Assembly (NCBI GenBank): GCA_052386335.1
Contig: JBQTKH010000009.1
Span: 1,842-65,841 of the forward strand
Length of the DNA stretch: 64,000 nt
Source of the DNA: Microthrixaceae bacterium
GTDB taxonomy: Bacteria; Actinomycetota; Acidimicrobiia; Acidimicrobiales; VFJN01
Direction of reading: 5' to 3'
The translations under genes and the position numbers were made by a program. Shown one piece after another: positions 26,738 to 39,485 of the stretch (positions are counted from its first letter, which is position 1; each line of letters begins with the position of its first letter). The notes under the pieces are model-generated. The model was given only the letters and a program-made list of their open reading frames with translations, ran no database searches and had not been told where the DNA came from.

Positions 26738-28345
26738 GTGCTACAGGTCCGCGAGCTCGCAGTGGAGGTGGGTGGCTCCGTCATCATGGACGGCGTCAGC
26801 TTCTCCATCCGCGCCCGCGACAAGGTGGGGCTGGTGGGGCGCAACGGTGCCGGCAAGACCAGCCTGCTGAAGGTGCTCGGGGGTGGCACCGACCCGTTCG
26901 CGGGCGTCGTGCACCGCACCGGAGGCCTCGGCTACCTCCCACAGGATCCCAAGATCGAGGGCGTCGACGACAGCACCACCGCCATCCGGCACATCCTGTC
27001 CGGGCGCGGCTTCGACGAAGCGATGACCCGACTAGAGAAGCTGCGCCTCCAGATGGAGGAGGACCCCTCCGAGCGGGCGGTGGATCGCTTCACCCGCGCC
27101 GAGGAGACGTTCAACAACGAGGGTGGCTACGCCGCCGAGGCTGAGGTGCACCGCATCTCGGCGGGGCTGGGCCTCGATGCCGATCGCCTCGACCTACCGA
27201 TCAGCGCGCTTTCGGGTGGGCAGCGTCGACGCGTCGAGATCGCCCGCATCCTGTTCGCGGGTAGCGACGTGCTGCTCCTCGACGAGCCCACGAACCACCT
27301 CGACAGCGACGCCAAGGAGTGGCTGCTCAGCTTCATGCGGGCCTACCGCGGCGCTCTGCTCGTGATCAGCCACGACCTCGACCTGCTCGACGAGGCCATC
27401 ACCCGCGTGCTGCACCTCGACCGGTACGACGACGCCAGCCTCGGCACGATGGAGGAGTACAAGGGCACCTACAGCCAGTACCTCGTGGCCCGCGAGAAGG
27501 ACGAGATCCGCCTGGCCAAGGTCGCGCAGCGGCAGGCCAAGGAGATCGACCGCCTGCAGACCCTCGTCGACCGCTTCGGGGCGAAGGCGTCGAAGGCGTC
27601 GATGGCCCACAGCATCGAGAAGCGCATCGTGCGGCTCGAGTCCACGGCGGTCGAGGCATCGAAGGGCAACCGCTCGGTGCACGTGCGGTTCCCTCCGCCG
27701 CCGCAGTCAGGCCGCGTCGCCCTCGAAGGAGCTGACCTCGCGGTGCACTACGGCGACCTCGAGGTGTTCCGCGACGTCGACTTCGCGGTGGAGCGTGGCG
27801 AGCGGCTCCTCATCATGGGGCTCAACGGTGCGGGCAAGACCAGCCTCCTGCGCGTCCTCGCCGGCGAGCTTCAAGCCACCGCGGGCTCGTTCCACCTGGG
27901 TCACAACGTGGTGGCCGGCTACTACGCACAGGAGCACGAGGGCATCCACGCCGGTCGCACGATCCTCGAGCACCTCCGCGAGCAGGTGCCCCAAGCACCC
28001 GATCCGATGCTGCGCTCGATCGTGGGGGCCATGGGCCTCACCGGCGACAAGGTGCACCAGGACGCCGGCACGCTCTCGGGCGGCGAGAAGACCAAGCTCG
28101 CGCTCGGGATCCTCGTAGCCGGCCGCCACAACCTGCTCCTGCTCGACGAGCCCACGAACAACCTCGACCCTGGCTCCCGCGTGGCGGTGGCCGAGGGGTT
28201 GCGTGGCTGGCCCGGCTCGATCGTGCTCGTCAGCCACGACGCCCAGTTCGTGCGCGACCTCGAGCCGAACAAGGTGCTCCTGATGCCCGACGGCACCCTC
28301 GACCACTGGGCCGACAGCTACCTCGACCTCGTCGAGCTCGCCTAG
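26738..28345 (+). CDS. ABC-F family ATPase
   Basis: Two NBDs (GRNGAGKT/LSGGQ/LDEPTNHLD; GLNGAGKT/LSGGE/LDEPTNNLD), no TM. Confidence 0.95.
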   Translation: MLQVRELAVEVGGSVIMDGVSFSIRARDKVGLVGRNGAGKTSLLKVLGGGTDPFAGVVHRTGGLGYLPQDPKIEGVDDSTTAIRHILSGRGFDEAMTRLEKLRLQMEEDPSERAVDRFTRAEETFNNEGGYAAEAEVHRISAGLGLDADRLDLPISALSGGQRRRVEIARILFAGSDVLLLDEPTNHLDSDAKEWLLSFMRAYRGALLVISHDLDLLDEAITRVLHLDRYDDASLGTMEEYKGTYSQYLVAREKDEIRLAKVAQRQAKEIDRLQTLVDRFGAKASKASMAHSIEKRIVRLESTAVEASKGNRSVHVRFPPPPQSGRVALEGADLAVHYGDLEVFRDVDFAVERGERLLIMGLNGAGKTSLLRVLAGELQATAGSFHLGHNVVAGYYAQEHEGIHAGRTILEHLREQVPQAPDPMLRSIVGAMGLTGDKVHQDAGTLSGGEKTKLALGILVAGRHNLLLLDEPTNNLDPGSRVAVAEGLRGWPGSIVLVSHDAQFVRDLEPNKVLLMPDGTLDHWADSYLDLVELA

Positions 28346-28457
28346 CCCCAACGACCGTTAGTCGTGACCGACTGCTGCGATCCCGGCGGGACCTAGCCGG
28401 AGTGCGGTCCCGCCGGACAGGCGGAGGCAGGAGCGCAGCGACGCCCGGAGCCGCATG

Positions 28458-30089
<1,632 letters not shown>

Positions 30090-30124
30090 ACCCCTAACGC
30101 TAGGGGCCGCTCTACCGTGGGGTC
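30090..30124. promoter_or_regulatory. Back-to-back leaderless promoters
   Basis: Minus-strand TAGCGT (30097..30102) 7 nt from GTG 30089; plus-strand TACCGT (30113..30118) 6 nt from ATG 30125. Confidence 0.65.
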
Positions 30125-31504
30125 ATGTCCGCTGACGAGTTCCGCTTGGAGCACGACACGATGGGCGAGGTGCAGGTTCCCGCCTGGGCCCGCTGGGGTG
30201 CGCAGACGCAGCGGGCGGTCGACAACTTCCCGGTGTCGGGCCTGCGGGTCGAGCGATCGCTGATCAGCGCGCTCGCCGCGCTCAAGGGCCGCGCCGCCCT
30301 CGTCAACCATGAGCTGGGCGTGATCGCCGACGACGTTGCACAGGCGATCCACGATGCCGCCGTGGAGGTGGTGCAGGGGAGATGGGACGAGCACTTTCCC
30401 GTCGACGTGTTCCAGACCGGCTCCGGCACCTCGACCAACATGAACATGAACGAGGTGCTCGCCAACCTCGCGTCTGAGCGGCTCGGTCGACCGGTGCACC
30501 CGAACGACGAGGTGAACGCCTCGCAGTCGTCCAACGACGTGTTCCCGTCCGCCATCCACCTCGCCGCGGTGCGCGACACCTCGGAGGGCCTGCTCCCTGC
30601 CCTTGACCACCTCCGGGCGACGTTGCAGGACCAGGCTGACCGCAACGCCGCGGTGGTGAAGGCGGGCCGGACCCACCTCATGGACGCCACGCCGGTGACC
30701 CTCGGCCAGGAGCTGGGTGGCTACGCGGCCCAGGTGCGCGACGCTGCTGATCGCCTGCGCGCGGCGCTGCCCCGGGTGGGACAGTTGCCCCTCGGCGGCA
30801 CGGCCGTGGGTACCGGACTCAACGCGCCGGTGGGCTTCGGTGCCGCGGTGGCCGGCCACCTGGCTGCGGGATTCGGCCTCCCGCTGTCGGAGGCGCCCGA
30901 CCACTTCGCTGCCCAGGGCGCGCGCGACGAGCTGGTGGGCCTCTCGGGCGACCTTCGCGTGCTGGCCGTCGCGCTGCTGAAGATCGCCAACGACCTGCGC
31001 TGGATGGCGTCGGGCCCGAAGACCGGCCTGGCCGAGATCCGTCTGCCCGACCTGCAGCCCGGCTCGTCGATCATGCCCGGCAAGGTGAACCCGGTGATCC
31101 CCGAGGCGGTGAGCCAGGTGGTGGCCCAGGTGTACGGCAACGACGCAGCGGTGGCCTTCGCCGGAAGCCAGGGCAACTTCGAGCTCAACGTGTACCTGCC
31201 GGTGATCGCCCGCAACCTGCTCGAATCGATCCGCCTGCTGACCAACGTGAGCCGCTTGTTCGCCGACCGGTGCATCGCCGGCATCGAGCCCGACGTCGAG
31301 CGCATGCGGCGCTATGCCGAAGCCACCCCCCAGGCTGCGACCGCCCTCAACCCGCTCCTCGGCTACGAGCGCGTCGCCGAGCTCGTCAAGGAATCAGCCA
31401 AGACCGGCAAGAGCATCCGCACGCTCGCGGTAGAGCACGGCCTGGTCCCCGAATCAGAGATCGACGAGGTCCTCAACCTCCTCCGCCTCACCCGTGGCGG
31501 TTGA
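30125..31504 (+). CDS. fumC: Class II fumarate hydratase
   Basis: [30 protein letters not shown]. Confidence 0.95.
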   Translation: MSADEFRLEHDTMGEVQVPAWARWGAQTQRAVDNFPVSGLRVERSLISALAALKGRAALVNHELGVIADDVAQAIHDAAVEVVQGRWDEHFPVDVFQTGSGTSTNMNMNEVLANLASERLGRPVHPNDEVNASQSSNDVFPSAIHLAAVRDTSEGLLPALDHLRATLQDQADRNAAVVKAGRTHLMDATPVTLGQELGGYAAQVRDAADRLRAALPRVGQLPLGGTAVGTGLNAPVGFGAAVAGHLAAGFGLPLSEAPDHFAAQGARDELVGLSGDLRVLAVALLKIANDLRWMASGPKTGLAEIRLPDLQPGSSIMPGKVNPVIPEAVSQVVAQVYGNDAAVAFAGSQGNFELNVYLPVIARNLLESIRLLTNVSRLFADRCIAGIEPDVERMRRYAEATPQAATALNPLLGYERVAELVKESAKTGKSIRTLAVEHGLVPESEIDEVLNLLRLTRGG

Positions 31505-31509
31505 TTCGC

Positions 31510-31998
31510 TCAGCCGGCCGCGGCGGAGCCGGCGTAGGGCGACGGGTCGCTGTCGACCGGGATCAGCGGCGCCGACCAGCTCAGGTTCTTGGCCAGCGCG
31601 TTGGCGACGTTGCGCCACTCCATCGGGTCCCAGCCCTCGGCGATCGCGGCCACGTGGAGGTCGCCGCGGATGTGCATGAACGCGGGGAGCTCGTTGAGGC
31701 CGAGGGCCTTGACTGCGGTGCGGTCGGGGTCGGCAAAGGTGAGCTGCTTGTCGGCCCACGGCCCGAGGAACTGGCGGGCTTCCTCGGCGGTGCCGGTGAC
31801 GAGGAACGCCGCGTAGCAGTCGCCGCCGTTGAAGTGGTTGAGGATCCGTCCGGCGGTGTCGAGCAGCCAGGAGCTCTCGTTGGTGAACGGGTCAAGCACC
31901 ACCACAGCGAGCTGGAAGGTGGTGAGCCAGCCGGAGATCGGACGGGCCTCGCCGTTGATCGGCGTCAGCGTGAGGTCGGCAGGGGGGTCGGTCGCCAC
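31510..31998 (-). CDS. Hypothetical protein, possibly redoxin-like fold without CxxC
   Basis: FADPDRTAVKALGL..LPAFMHIR resembles the C-terminal half of a redoxin. Confidence 0.6.
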   Translation of the reverse strand: MATDPPADLTLTPINGEARPISGWLTTFQLAVVVLDPFTNESSWLLDTAGRILNHFNGGDCYAAFLVTGTAEEARQFLGPWADKQLTFADPDRTAVKALGLNELPAFMHIRGDLHVAAIAEGWDPMEWRNVANALAKNLSWSAPLIPVDSDPSPYAGSAAAG

Positions 31999-32101
31999 GG
32001 CCGCAGACGGTAGCGCGGTACCTTCACCGCGAGCAGATTCCGAGGCCGCCGCGAGCGGGTCTCTAGCGCACCCTCGCCGGCGACAGCGGTAGCGTCGGCG
32101 G

Positions 32102-32926
32102 GTGCACCCGATCGAGCGACTCCGCTACGTCGCCCGTGCCTCGGGCGCCGATCAGGCGCTGCTCGTCCGGGAGACGGCCCATGCGCTCGCCGCCTTCCAG
32201 GACGACCCGGCTGGTCTCGTGGCGGCGTGTCGCCGGATCGTCGATCGCCATCCGACGTCCGCGCCGCTGTGGTGGCTCTGCGCCCGCGTGCTCACCTCGC
32301 CCGACGGTCAGCGGGAGGCGTGGCAGGCCGTCGACGACATCGACCGTGACTGCACGCCCTCCGAGCTCGGGCTGGCCCTCACCCAGGACGCAACCGCCTG
32401 CGTGATCGGCTGGCCGGAGCTCGTGGGCGAGGCCTTGCCACGGCGCGGGGATGTGGAGGTGCTCGCGGTCGACGCCCTCGGCGAGGGGAACGGGCTGGTG
32501 CGGCGGCTCACGCAGGCCGGGATCGACGCCGTCGACGTGCCCGTGTCCGGCCTCGGCGCGGCGGTCGGCGCGTCCGATGTGCTGCTCCTCGAGGCGGTGG
32601 CGCTCGGTCCCGCCGGGTTCGTCGCGGTGAGCGGGTCGCTCGCGGCGGCCACCGTGGCTCGCCACCACGAGGTGCCCGTGTGGCTGGTGGCCGGTGTGGG
32701 GCGACTGCTGCCGGCCCGGATGTGGGATGCCCTGGCCAGTCGACGCGCCGCGCACGCCGCCGATCCCTGGGATCTCGACGAGGAGATCGTGCCCATCGGC
32801 CTCGTCGACCAGGTGTGCGGACCGGCCGGCCTCGAGGCGCCGGAGCTCGCCCTCCGCAGGATCGACTGCCCCGTCGCGCCCGAGCTGTTCGACACGGGCA
32901 ACGCCCCCGGCACCTACAGGCGCTAG
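32102..32926 (+). CDS. Hypothetical protein, eIF2B/MtnA-like fold suspected
   Basis: RHPTSAPL, EGNGLVRRL, DVLLLEAVAL, GSLAAATVARHHEVPVWLV. Confidence 0.6.
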   Translation: MHPIERLRYVARASGADQALLVRETAHALAAFQDDPAGLVAACRRIVDRHPTSAPLWWLCARVLTSPDGQREAWQAVDDIDRDCTPSELGLALTQDATACVIGWPELVGEALPRRGDVEVLAVDALGEGNGLVRRLTQAGIDAVDVPVSGLGAAVGASDVLLLEAVALGPAGFVAVSGSLAAATVARHHEVPVWLVAGVGRLLPARMWDALASRRAAHAADPWDLDEEIVPIGLVDQVCGPAGLEAPELALRRIDCPVAPELFDTGNAPGTYRR

Positions 32927-32937
32927 ACCATCACGCC

Positions 32938-33396
32938 ATGTCCCGTCGCGATCAGATCCGCATGTCCGACACCGAGATCGACGAGTTCCTCGCCGGTCGT
33001 CACACGATGAACGTCGCCTCGTTCAACCATGACGGAACGATCCACCTCGTGGCCATGTGGTACGCCATGATCGACGGCGACGCCGTGTTCTGGACCTTCG
33101 GCAAGAGCCAGAAGATCAAGAACCTCCAGCGCGATCCCCGCACCACGGTCCTCGTGGAGGCGGGCGACGAGTACAGCGAGCTCATCGGCGTGGAGATCGT
33201 GGGCCAGGCCACCGTGCTCACCGACCACGACGACATCATGGAGATCGGCGAGGCTGTCTACGCGCGCTACTTCGGCGAGGTCACCGACGAGGTGCGGCCC
33301 TTCGTGGAGCTCACCGGGGCCAAGCGCTTCGGGGTGCGCGTGAAGGCCGACCGAGTGGTCAGCTGGGACCACAAGAAGCTCGACGGCGCCTACTAG
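32938..33396 (+). CDS. Pyridoxamine 5'-phosphate oxidase-like (PPOX, probably F420) protein
   Basis: HLVAMWY, KSQKIKNLQRDPR, VVSWDHKKL. Confidence 0.9.
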   Translation: MSRRDQIRMSDTEIDEFLAGRHTMNVASFNHDGTIHLVAMWYAMIDGDAVFWTFGKSQKIKNLQRDPRTTVLVEAGDEYSELIGVEIVGQATVLTDHDDIMEIGEAVYARYFGEVTDEVRPFVELTGAKRFGVRVKADRVVSWDHKKLDGAY

Positions 33397-34079
33397 CTCT
33401 CGCCGAGGTGCGTGCGGAGGAAGCCGACGGTCTGCTGCCACGCGGCGAGTGACGCTTCGGCGTCGTAGACCTCGGGGCGGGTGTCGTTGAAGAAGGCGTG
33501 GTCGACGCCGGGGTGGACCACGATCTCGACTTCCTTGCCGAGACCCTGGAGCGTGCTCGCCAGCTCGCGCGCCGCCGCGGGGGTGAAGAACGCGTCGTTC
33601 TCCGCGTAGTGGCCGAGCACGGCCGCCTCCATGTGGTCCCACTGTGGTTGCGCGTCGGGCCACGGGATGAGCCCGTACCAGGGCACGCACGCGGCCACCT
33701 TGTCGGGGCGGCGCGTCGCGGCGACGAGTGCGAGCCCGCCGCCCATGCAGAACCCGGTGACGCCCACCCGATCGGAGTCGGCGCGTGACGACACGAGCTC
33801 GATCGCCCCAGAGAGGTCCTTCGCGGCCTGGGCCATGTTGAGGGCCATCATCAGCTTGCCGGCCTCATCGGGCTCGGTGGTCGACTGGCCGTGGTACAGG
33901 TCGGGCGCCAGCGCGAGGAACCCCTCGGCCGCGAACCGCTCGCACACGTCGGTGATGTGGGGCACGAGCCCCCACCACTCCTGGATCACCACCAGCGGCA
34001 GCGGGTTGGGGCCGGTGGGGGTGCCCAAGTAGCCGGACGCGGTGCCACCGTTCGACGGGAACTCGATGATCTCACCCAT
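33393..34079 (-). CDS. Dienelactone hydrolase family
   Basis: IQEWWGL, APDLY, GFCMGG, HAF. Confidence 0.95.
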   Translation of the reverse strand: MGEIIEFPSNGGTASGYLGTPTGPNPLPLVVIQEWWGLVPHITDVCERFAAEGFLALAPDLYHGQSTTEPDEAGKLMMALNMAQAAKDLSGAIELVSSRADSDRVGVTGFCMGGGLALVAATRRPDKVAACVPWYGLIPWPDAQPQWDHMEAAVLGHYAENDAFFTPAAARELASTLQGLGKEVEIVVHPGVDHAFFNDTRPEVYDAEASLAAWQQTVGFLRTHLGES

Positions 34080-34090
34080 GAGACCGGACC

Positions 34091-34942
34091 CTACCCAGCC
34101 GCCGCGGCGAGCGCGGTTTGGCGGAGGCGGGAGATCATCATCGGGTACTCCTCGGGGATCGGCTCGTTGAGCCGTGCCGCCATGTGAACGAACATCCAGC
34201 GGTCGAACGTGTCACCGAGCGGGCGGCCGCCCGTTCGCTGGTAGGTGCGCACGTAGCGGTCGGTGAGGATCCCCCGGCCCGCGGTAGTGAGGATGCGGAA
34301 GAACGCGGGGGTGCCTGGTGGGAGCTCCCCGTGTCGGTGGAGGAGGTCGGTGCGTGCGACGTCGGCGATCGGGTCGCCACGCGTGGCGTGTCCCCAGTCG
34401 ATCACGGTCGGGGAATCCCAGGATCCCAGCATGTTGCCCAGGTGGAAGTCGCCGTGGCACAGACGGTCACCATCGGGAAGCCGCTCGAGCACCCGGATGG
34501 CCACGTCTTTCAGGTCCTCAGGCAGCGGCTCCGCCGCGATGATCCGTGCTCGAAGCTCGACCTTCAGCTCTGGTAGCGCTTCTGGGGCCGCGTCCCGATG
34601 CAGGCCGGCGTGCACCTCGGCCAGCACTCGGGCTGCGGTGAACAGACGGAGGGGCTGGCGCTGGATCAGCGCGAGGAGGTCGTGGCCATCGATGCGCTCC
34701 ATGACGAGCCCGGGCCGTCCGTCGACGGTCACGAGTTCGAGCACGGTCGGGGCGAGGGGTGCCAACCTGCTGCCGTCGTGCGAGACGGCGGCCCGCGCCT
34801 GGTTCAGGATGCGACACACCGCGGCCTCTCGCTCAGCGCGCGGTCGGTCGGAGGCGTGGCGCATCAGCTTCAGCACCGTGCCGTCGGGTCGCAGGTACAC
34901 GTGGGCCTCGCGACCCTCCGCCAGAAGCTCGAGCCCCTCCAT
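34091..34942 (-). CDS. APH-like phosphotransferase
   Basis: CHGDFHLGN, IDW, GDPIADVA. Confidence 0.9.
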   Translation of the reverse strand: MEGLELLAEGREAHVYLRPDGTVLKLMRHASDRPRAEREAAVCRILNQARAAVSHDGSRLAPLAPTVLELVTVDGRPGLVMERIDGHDLLALIQRQPLRLFTAARVLAEVHAGLHRDAAPEALPELKVELRARIIAAEPLPEDLKDVAIRVLERLPDGDRLCHGDFHLGNMLGSWDSPTVIDWGHATRGDPIADVARTDLLHRHGELPPGTPAFFRILTTAGRGILTDRYVRTYQRTGGRPLGDTFDRWMFVHMAARLNEPIPEEYPMMISRLRQTALAAAAG

Positions 34943-35001
34943 GGGTCGCAGGCTAGGCGCGGGCTCAGATCGAGCACCCGAGCCAGCTCCCCCGGGGGCG
35001 G

Positions 35002-35901
35002 TCAGGCCTCAGCGGTGAGCGCGGTGATCGCGGCTTGGATCGCGAGCACCCGGCGAGCCTCTTCCACGTGGAGGTTCTCGATCATGCGACCGTCGACCGT
35101 GACGACGCCGCGCCCGTCGGCTTCGGCCTCCTCGAAGGCCGCGATGATGCGACCGGCCTTGTCGACCTCGTCGTCGGTGGGTGCGAACGCTGCGTTGCAC
35201 GGTTCGACCTGGCTCGGGTGGATGAGCGTCTTGCCGTCGAAGCCCATCTCGCGACCCTGACGGCACTCCGCCGCGAAGCCGGCGTCGTCCTTGATGTCGT
35301 TGTAGACGCCGTCGAGGATCACCTTGCCGGTGGCCCGCGCGGCCAGCAGGCACAGCCCGAGGCCGCTGAGCAGCGGTGCCCGGCCCGGCACGTGGGAGGC
35401 GTGGAGCTCCTTGGCGAGGTCGTTCGTGCCCATCACGAGCACGGTGAGCCGCTCGGAGGACGAGCAGATCTCCTCGGCCCGGAACATGGCGATCGGCGTC
35501 TCGAGCATCGCCCAGACGCGGGTGTGGTCGGGCGCCCCGCCGGCGTCGAGGGCCTTGGCGATCTGGTGCACGTCGTCGGCCGAGTTGATCTTCGGGACGA
35601 CGACTGCCGCGGGGCCCGCCGCCGCGATCGCTCGCAGGTCGTCGTCGTGCCACGGCGTGCCGATGCCGTTGGCTCGGATGGCGATCTCACGCCCGCCGTA
35701 GAGCCCGGAGGTGGCCGCGGCGCACACGCGCTCGCGCGCCTCGGGCTTGGCATCGGGGGCGACGGCGTCCTCGAGGTCGAGGATGAGCGCGTCGGCGGGG
35801 ATGGTCTGGGCCTTCTCGAGCGCACGCTCGTTGGCGCCGGGCATGTAGAGCACGGAGCGGCGCGGGCGCAGGAGCCCGTCGCCAGCGGCGGGCATCCTCA
35901 T
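35002..35901 (-). CDS. CitE/HpcH-family CoA ester lyase (malyl-CoA thioesterase Mcl2-like)
   Basis: [33 protein letters not shown]. Confidence 0.85.
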   Translation of the reverse strand: MRMPAAGDGLLRPRRSVLYMPGANERALEKAQTIPADALILDLEDAVAPDAKPEARERVCAAATSGLYGGREIAIRANGIGTPWHDDDLRAIAAAGPAAVVVPKINSADDVHQIAKALDAGGAPDHTRVWAMLETPIAMFRAEEICSSSERLTVLVMGTNDLAKELHASHVPGRAPLLSGLGLCLLAARATGKVILDGVYNDIKDDAGFAAECRQGREMGFDGKTLIHPSQVEPCNAAFAPTDDEVDKAGRIIAAFEEAEADGRGVVTVDGRMIENLHVEEARRVLAIQAAITALTAEA

Positions 35902-36959
35902 GCCTCCAACGCCGCGTAGACCTTGGCGAGCTCAGGGTCGCGGGCGGCGAGCCGATCGGCCAGCTCGAGCATCACGAGGCACTGCTTCACCGAGGCGTCG
36001 TCTTCCATCTTGCCGTTGAGCATCACCGCTCCCGTGCCGTCGCCCATCGCCGCGACCACCTCGCGCGCGTGGCGCACATCGGCGGGGTCGGGCGAGAAGA
36101 CGCGCTTGGCGATCTCGATCTGCGCGGGGTGCAGGCTCCACGCGCCGACGCAACCGAGGAGGAACGCGTTGCGGAACTGGTCCTCGCAGGCGACCGTGTC
36201 CTTGATGTCACCGAACGGGCCGTAGTAGGCGAAGATCCCGTTCGACGCGCAGGCGTCCACCATGCGGGCGACCGTGTAGTGCCACAGGTCCTGCTGGTAC
36301 GTGGCCCGCGGTGCCTCGATGTCGCCGCCCGGCGGGTCCTCCCGCACGAGGTAGCCGGGGTGGCCGCCGCCCACGCGGGTGGTCTTCATGCGCCGGTTGG
36401 CGGCCAGGTCGGCGGGCCCGAGCGACAGCCCCTGCATGCGGGGCGACGCTGCGCAGATCTCCTCCACGTTGGCCACGCCGCGGGCCGTCTCGAGGATCGC
36501 GTGGACGAGGATCGGCCGCTGCAGCCGTGCCTTGGCTTCGAGCTGCGCGAGCAGCCGGTCGACGTAGTGGATGTCCTCTGGCCCTTCGACCTTCGGGATC
36601 ATGATGACGTCGAGCTTGTCGCCGACCTCGAGCACCGCGGTGGTGAGGTCGTCGAGGCCCCAAGGTGAGTCGAGCGAGTTGACGCGCGTCCACAGCTGCG
36701 TCTCGCCGATCTTCCAGGCCGTGCCCACCTCCACCAGCCCGGCGCGGGCCGCCTCCTTGTCGGTGGACGGCACGCCGTCTTCGAGGTTGGCCAACAGCAC
36801 ATCGACGGTGGGCGCGATGTCCGGGACCTTGGCGACCATCTTGGCGTTCGATGGCGGGAAGAAGTGGATCACCCGCGACGGTCGCGCCGGGATCTCGCGC
36901 ACCGGATCGGGAGCGCCGACCGCGAGCGGACGGAAGAAGTCCTTGGGGGAGCGCATCAC
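35898..36959 (-). CDS. CitE/HpcH-family lyase (malyl-CoA/beta-methylmalyl-CoA lyase-like)
   Basis: [33 protein letters not shown]. Confidence 0.85.
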   Translation of the reverse strand: MMRSPKDFFRPLAVGAPDPVREIPARPSRVIHFFPPSNAKMVAKVPDIAPTVDVLLANLEDGVPSTDKEAARAGLVEVGTAWKIGETQLWTRVNSLDSPWGLDDLTTAVLEVGDKLDVIMIPKVEGPEDIHYVDRLLAQLEAKARLQRPILVHAILETARGVANVEEICAASPRMQGLSLGPADLAANRRMKTTRVGGGHPGYLVREDPPGGDIEAPRATYQQDLWHYTVARMVDACASNGIFAYYGPFGDIKDTVACEDQFRNAFLLGCVGAWSLHPAQIEIAKRVFSPDPADVRHAREVVAAMGDGTGAVMLNGKMEDDASVKQCLVMLELADRLAARDPELAKVYAALEA

Positions 36960-38560
36960 GTGGCCGCCTTCACCAGGTTGCGGGCGATGACCTTGAGGCA
37001 GAGGATCTCATCGGCGCCCTCGAAGATCGACAGGACGCGTGCGTCAACGTAGTAGCGGCTCACGTCGTACTCCTCTGCGAAGCCCATCCCGCCATGGATC
37101 TGCATGGCCTCCCGGGTGACCCACTCGGCGGCCTTGCACACGTACGCCTTGACCATCGCGGCCTCGAGCATGCCGTGGCCCTTGGCCATCAGCCGGGCCA
37201 CGGCGTAGGACGACTGGCGCGCGGCCTGGATCGTGATGGCCATGCGAGCGAGCTTCACCTTGGTGAGCTGCAGGTCGGCGAGCGGCGCGCCGAACACGAT
37301 GCGGTCGTCCGCGTACTGCCGGGCTGCTTCATAGGCGGCCTGCATCACCCCGACGGCACGCGCGGCCGTCTGCAGGCGGCCGTTCTCGAAGCCGGCCATC
37401 TGGAGGTAGAAGCCCTGGCCGAGGCCGGCCTCGCCTCCGACGAGGTTCTCGTCGGCGACGAACCAGCCCTCGAAGGAGATCTCATACGAGTGCATCCCGC
37501 GATAGCCGATCGTGTCGATCGGCCGGCCCTCCATGCGACCGCCCCCGGGTGCGCCCCCGTCGTCGCCGGCGGCCTGGTCGAGCACGAAGCCGTGGCCCTC
37601 GCCGCGCGCCTTCGGGACGACGAACATCGACAGGCCCCGGTGCGTCTTGCTGCGGTCGGGGTCGGTGCGGGCGAGGAGCATGAGCACATCGGCGCGGGCG
37701 CCGAAGGTGCACCACGTCTTCACACCGTTGATCAGCCATCCGCCGTCGACCTTGGTGGCGGTGGTCTTCACGCCGGCCACGTCGGAGCCGAAGTCGGGCT
37801 CGGTGACGGCCACCGCGTTCATGATCTCGGCCGTAGCCAACCGCGGGAGGATGCGCTGCTTCTGTTCCTCCGTGCCGCCCTTCACGAGCGCTCTCGTGAG
37901 GATCTCGGGGCGGGTGATGAGCGAGCCGCCGGCGCCGAGCGAACCGCGTGACAGCTCCTCGGTGGCGACCACCATGCCGATGTACTCGGACTCGCCGCCG
38001 CTTCCGTATCCGCCGTACTCCTCGGGGATCGACAGCCCGAAGGCGCCCATCTCACCGAGGCCGCTGATGATGTCCTCGGGGATGTCGCCGTTGGTGCGGT
38101 GGATGTGCTCCGCAATCGGCTTGAGCTTGTCCTCGGCGAAGCGGCGGAAGGTGTCCTGCACGAGCTCGAAGTCGTCGTCCAGGTGGCGGGGGCCCTCCTT
38201 CCCGGCGATGCCGGCAAGGAACCCAGGGTCACGGAACGTCCCGCAGAACGCCCGAGCGCCGTCGAGCGCGCCCGTGTCGACGCCCCACGCGCCCTCGCGC
38301 CCGTAGAGCCGAGCGGCGAGATCGCCGACCGCGTCGGCCACGAAGGCGCAGGTGATGGCAGCTTCGAGGTCGCCCTTGGCGCCGTAGTCGAGCATGGCGG
38401 ACGCGGTCTCCACGGCGGCCGCGGCATGGGCCAGGTCGTAGGCCAGGGACTGGTCGACGTCGGGGCCGGGCCCCTTCGCGAGCGTCTGGGCTCCGGCGTG
38501 GACGACACGTCGGGCAAGCTCGACGACCTCGGCGGCAGCGGTCAGATCAGGGGTCGACAT
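36956..38560 (-). CDS. Acyl-CoA dehydrogenase, (2S)-methylsuccinyl-CoA dehydrogenase-like
   Basis: Long N-extension, [41 protein letters not shown]. Confidence 0.8.
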   Translation of the reverse strand: MSTPDLTAAAEVVELARRVVHAGAQTLAKGPGPDVDQSLAYDLAHAAAAVETASAMLDYGAKGDLEAAITCAFVADAVGDLAARLYGREGAWGVDTGALDGARAFCGTFRDPGFLAGIAGKEGPRHLDDDFELVQDTFRRFAEDKLKPIAEHIHRTNGDIPEDIISGLGEMGAFGLSIPEEYGGYGSGGESEYIGMVVATEELSRGSLGAGGSLITRPEILTRALVKGGTEEQKQRILPRLATAEIMNAVAVTEPDFGSDVAGVKTTATKVDGGWLINGVKTWCTFGARADVLMLLARTDPDRSKTHRGLSMFVVPKARGEGHGFVLDQAAGDDGGAPGGGRMEGRPIDTIGYRGMHSYEISFEGWFVADENLVGGEAGLGQGFYLQMAGFENGRLQTAARAVGVMQAAYEAARQYADDRIVFGAPLADLQLTKVKLARMAITIQAARQSSYAVARLMAKGHGMLEAAMVKAYVCKAAEWVTREAMQIHGGMGFAEEYDVSRYYVDARVLSIFEGADEILCLKVIARNLVKAAT

Positions 38561-38659
38561 GCCCCGGAGGTTACCGATGGGTCCGATCCGGCACGGAATC
38601 GCCCGTCATGTGACGGCATCGAGCGCCGAAGGCCACGGCGGGGACACTAGAAACGAACC

Positions 38660-39409
38660 ATGCTGGACGTCGACACCGTTGCCACCGTCCTCGACGTGCT
38701 CCGTCCCGAGCGGGAAGCGTTGCTCGCCACGCTCGCAAGCCTCGACGCGGGTGCCTGGGCTGCACCCACCGAGTGTCCGGCGTACAGCGTGAAGGGCGTC
38801 GCCGCGCACATCCTGGGTGACGACCTGAGCCTGTTGAGCCGCCAGCGCGATGGCGCCGAGAACGGGCTCCTTCAGGTCGCCGCTGAGATGCCCGGCGCCG
38901 ACTTCCGGGCTCTCCTCGACACGTTCAACGACCGCTGGGTCGCGGCATCCAAGTTCCTGAGCACCGACCTCGTCATCGAGCTCCTGCGCCTCACCGGCGA
39001 GTGGACCGCCGCCTACTACGAGGAAGTCGACCCTGCGGCCCCAGGAGAGCCGGTCGGGTTCTTCGGGGCGCAAGGCTCCAGCTCGCCCTTCTGGCATGCC
39101 ATCGCTCGCGAGTACGTCGAGCGATGGGTGCACCACTCACAGATCCGGCGGGCGGTCGGGCTTGGCTCGCTCAATGACCGCATGTTCCTCACCGTTGGCA
39201 CCGAAGTCGTCGCCGCGGCAGCTCGAGTGGAACCAAGGATCCTGAGCGGCCCGGACGGCACCTGGGCACTGGGTTCTGTCGTGCTCGGGTCCGCCCATCA
39301 GGCTGCCAACATCCTCACCCGAGCACACACCCGCGCTGAGATCCAACGCCTGGTCACCGGGCCGTCCGACGCGGTGGAGCTCCTCGCCACCCTCGCCGCA
39401 CGGAGCTGA
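38660..39409 (+). CDS. MDMPI/DinB-like (maleylpyruvate isomerase N-terminal) protein
   Basis: PTECPAYSVKGVAAH, EYVERWVHHSQIRRAV. Confidence 0.85.
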   Translation: MLDVDTVATVLDVLRPEREALLATLASLDAGAWAAPTECPAYSVKGVAAHILGDDLSLLSRQRDGAENGLLQVAAEMPGADFRALLDTFNDRWVAASKFLSTDLVIELLRLTGEWTAAYYEEVDPAAPGEPVGFFGAQGSSSPFWHAIAREYVERWVHHSQIRRAVGLGSLNDRMFLTVGTEVVAAAARVEPRILSGPDGTWALGSVVLGSAHQAANILTRAHTRAEIQRLVTGPSDAVELLATLAARS

Positions 39410-39485
39410 CGCCGACAGCGAACCGCCGCGGGCAGCCGAGCCGCAAGACGTACCCGCCCGCGTTCGCGCGTAGCCTGCGCACTCG

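Noticed and set aside
26738-28345. ABC-F as an antibiotic-resistance gene
   Set aside because: Core-like context and nothing visible that separates it from housekeeping ABC-F proteins; needs phylogeny
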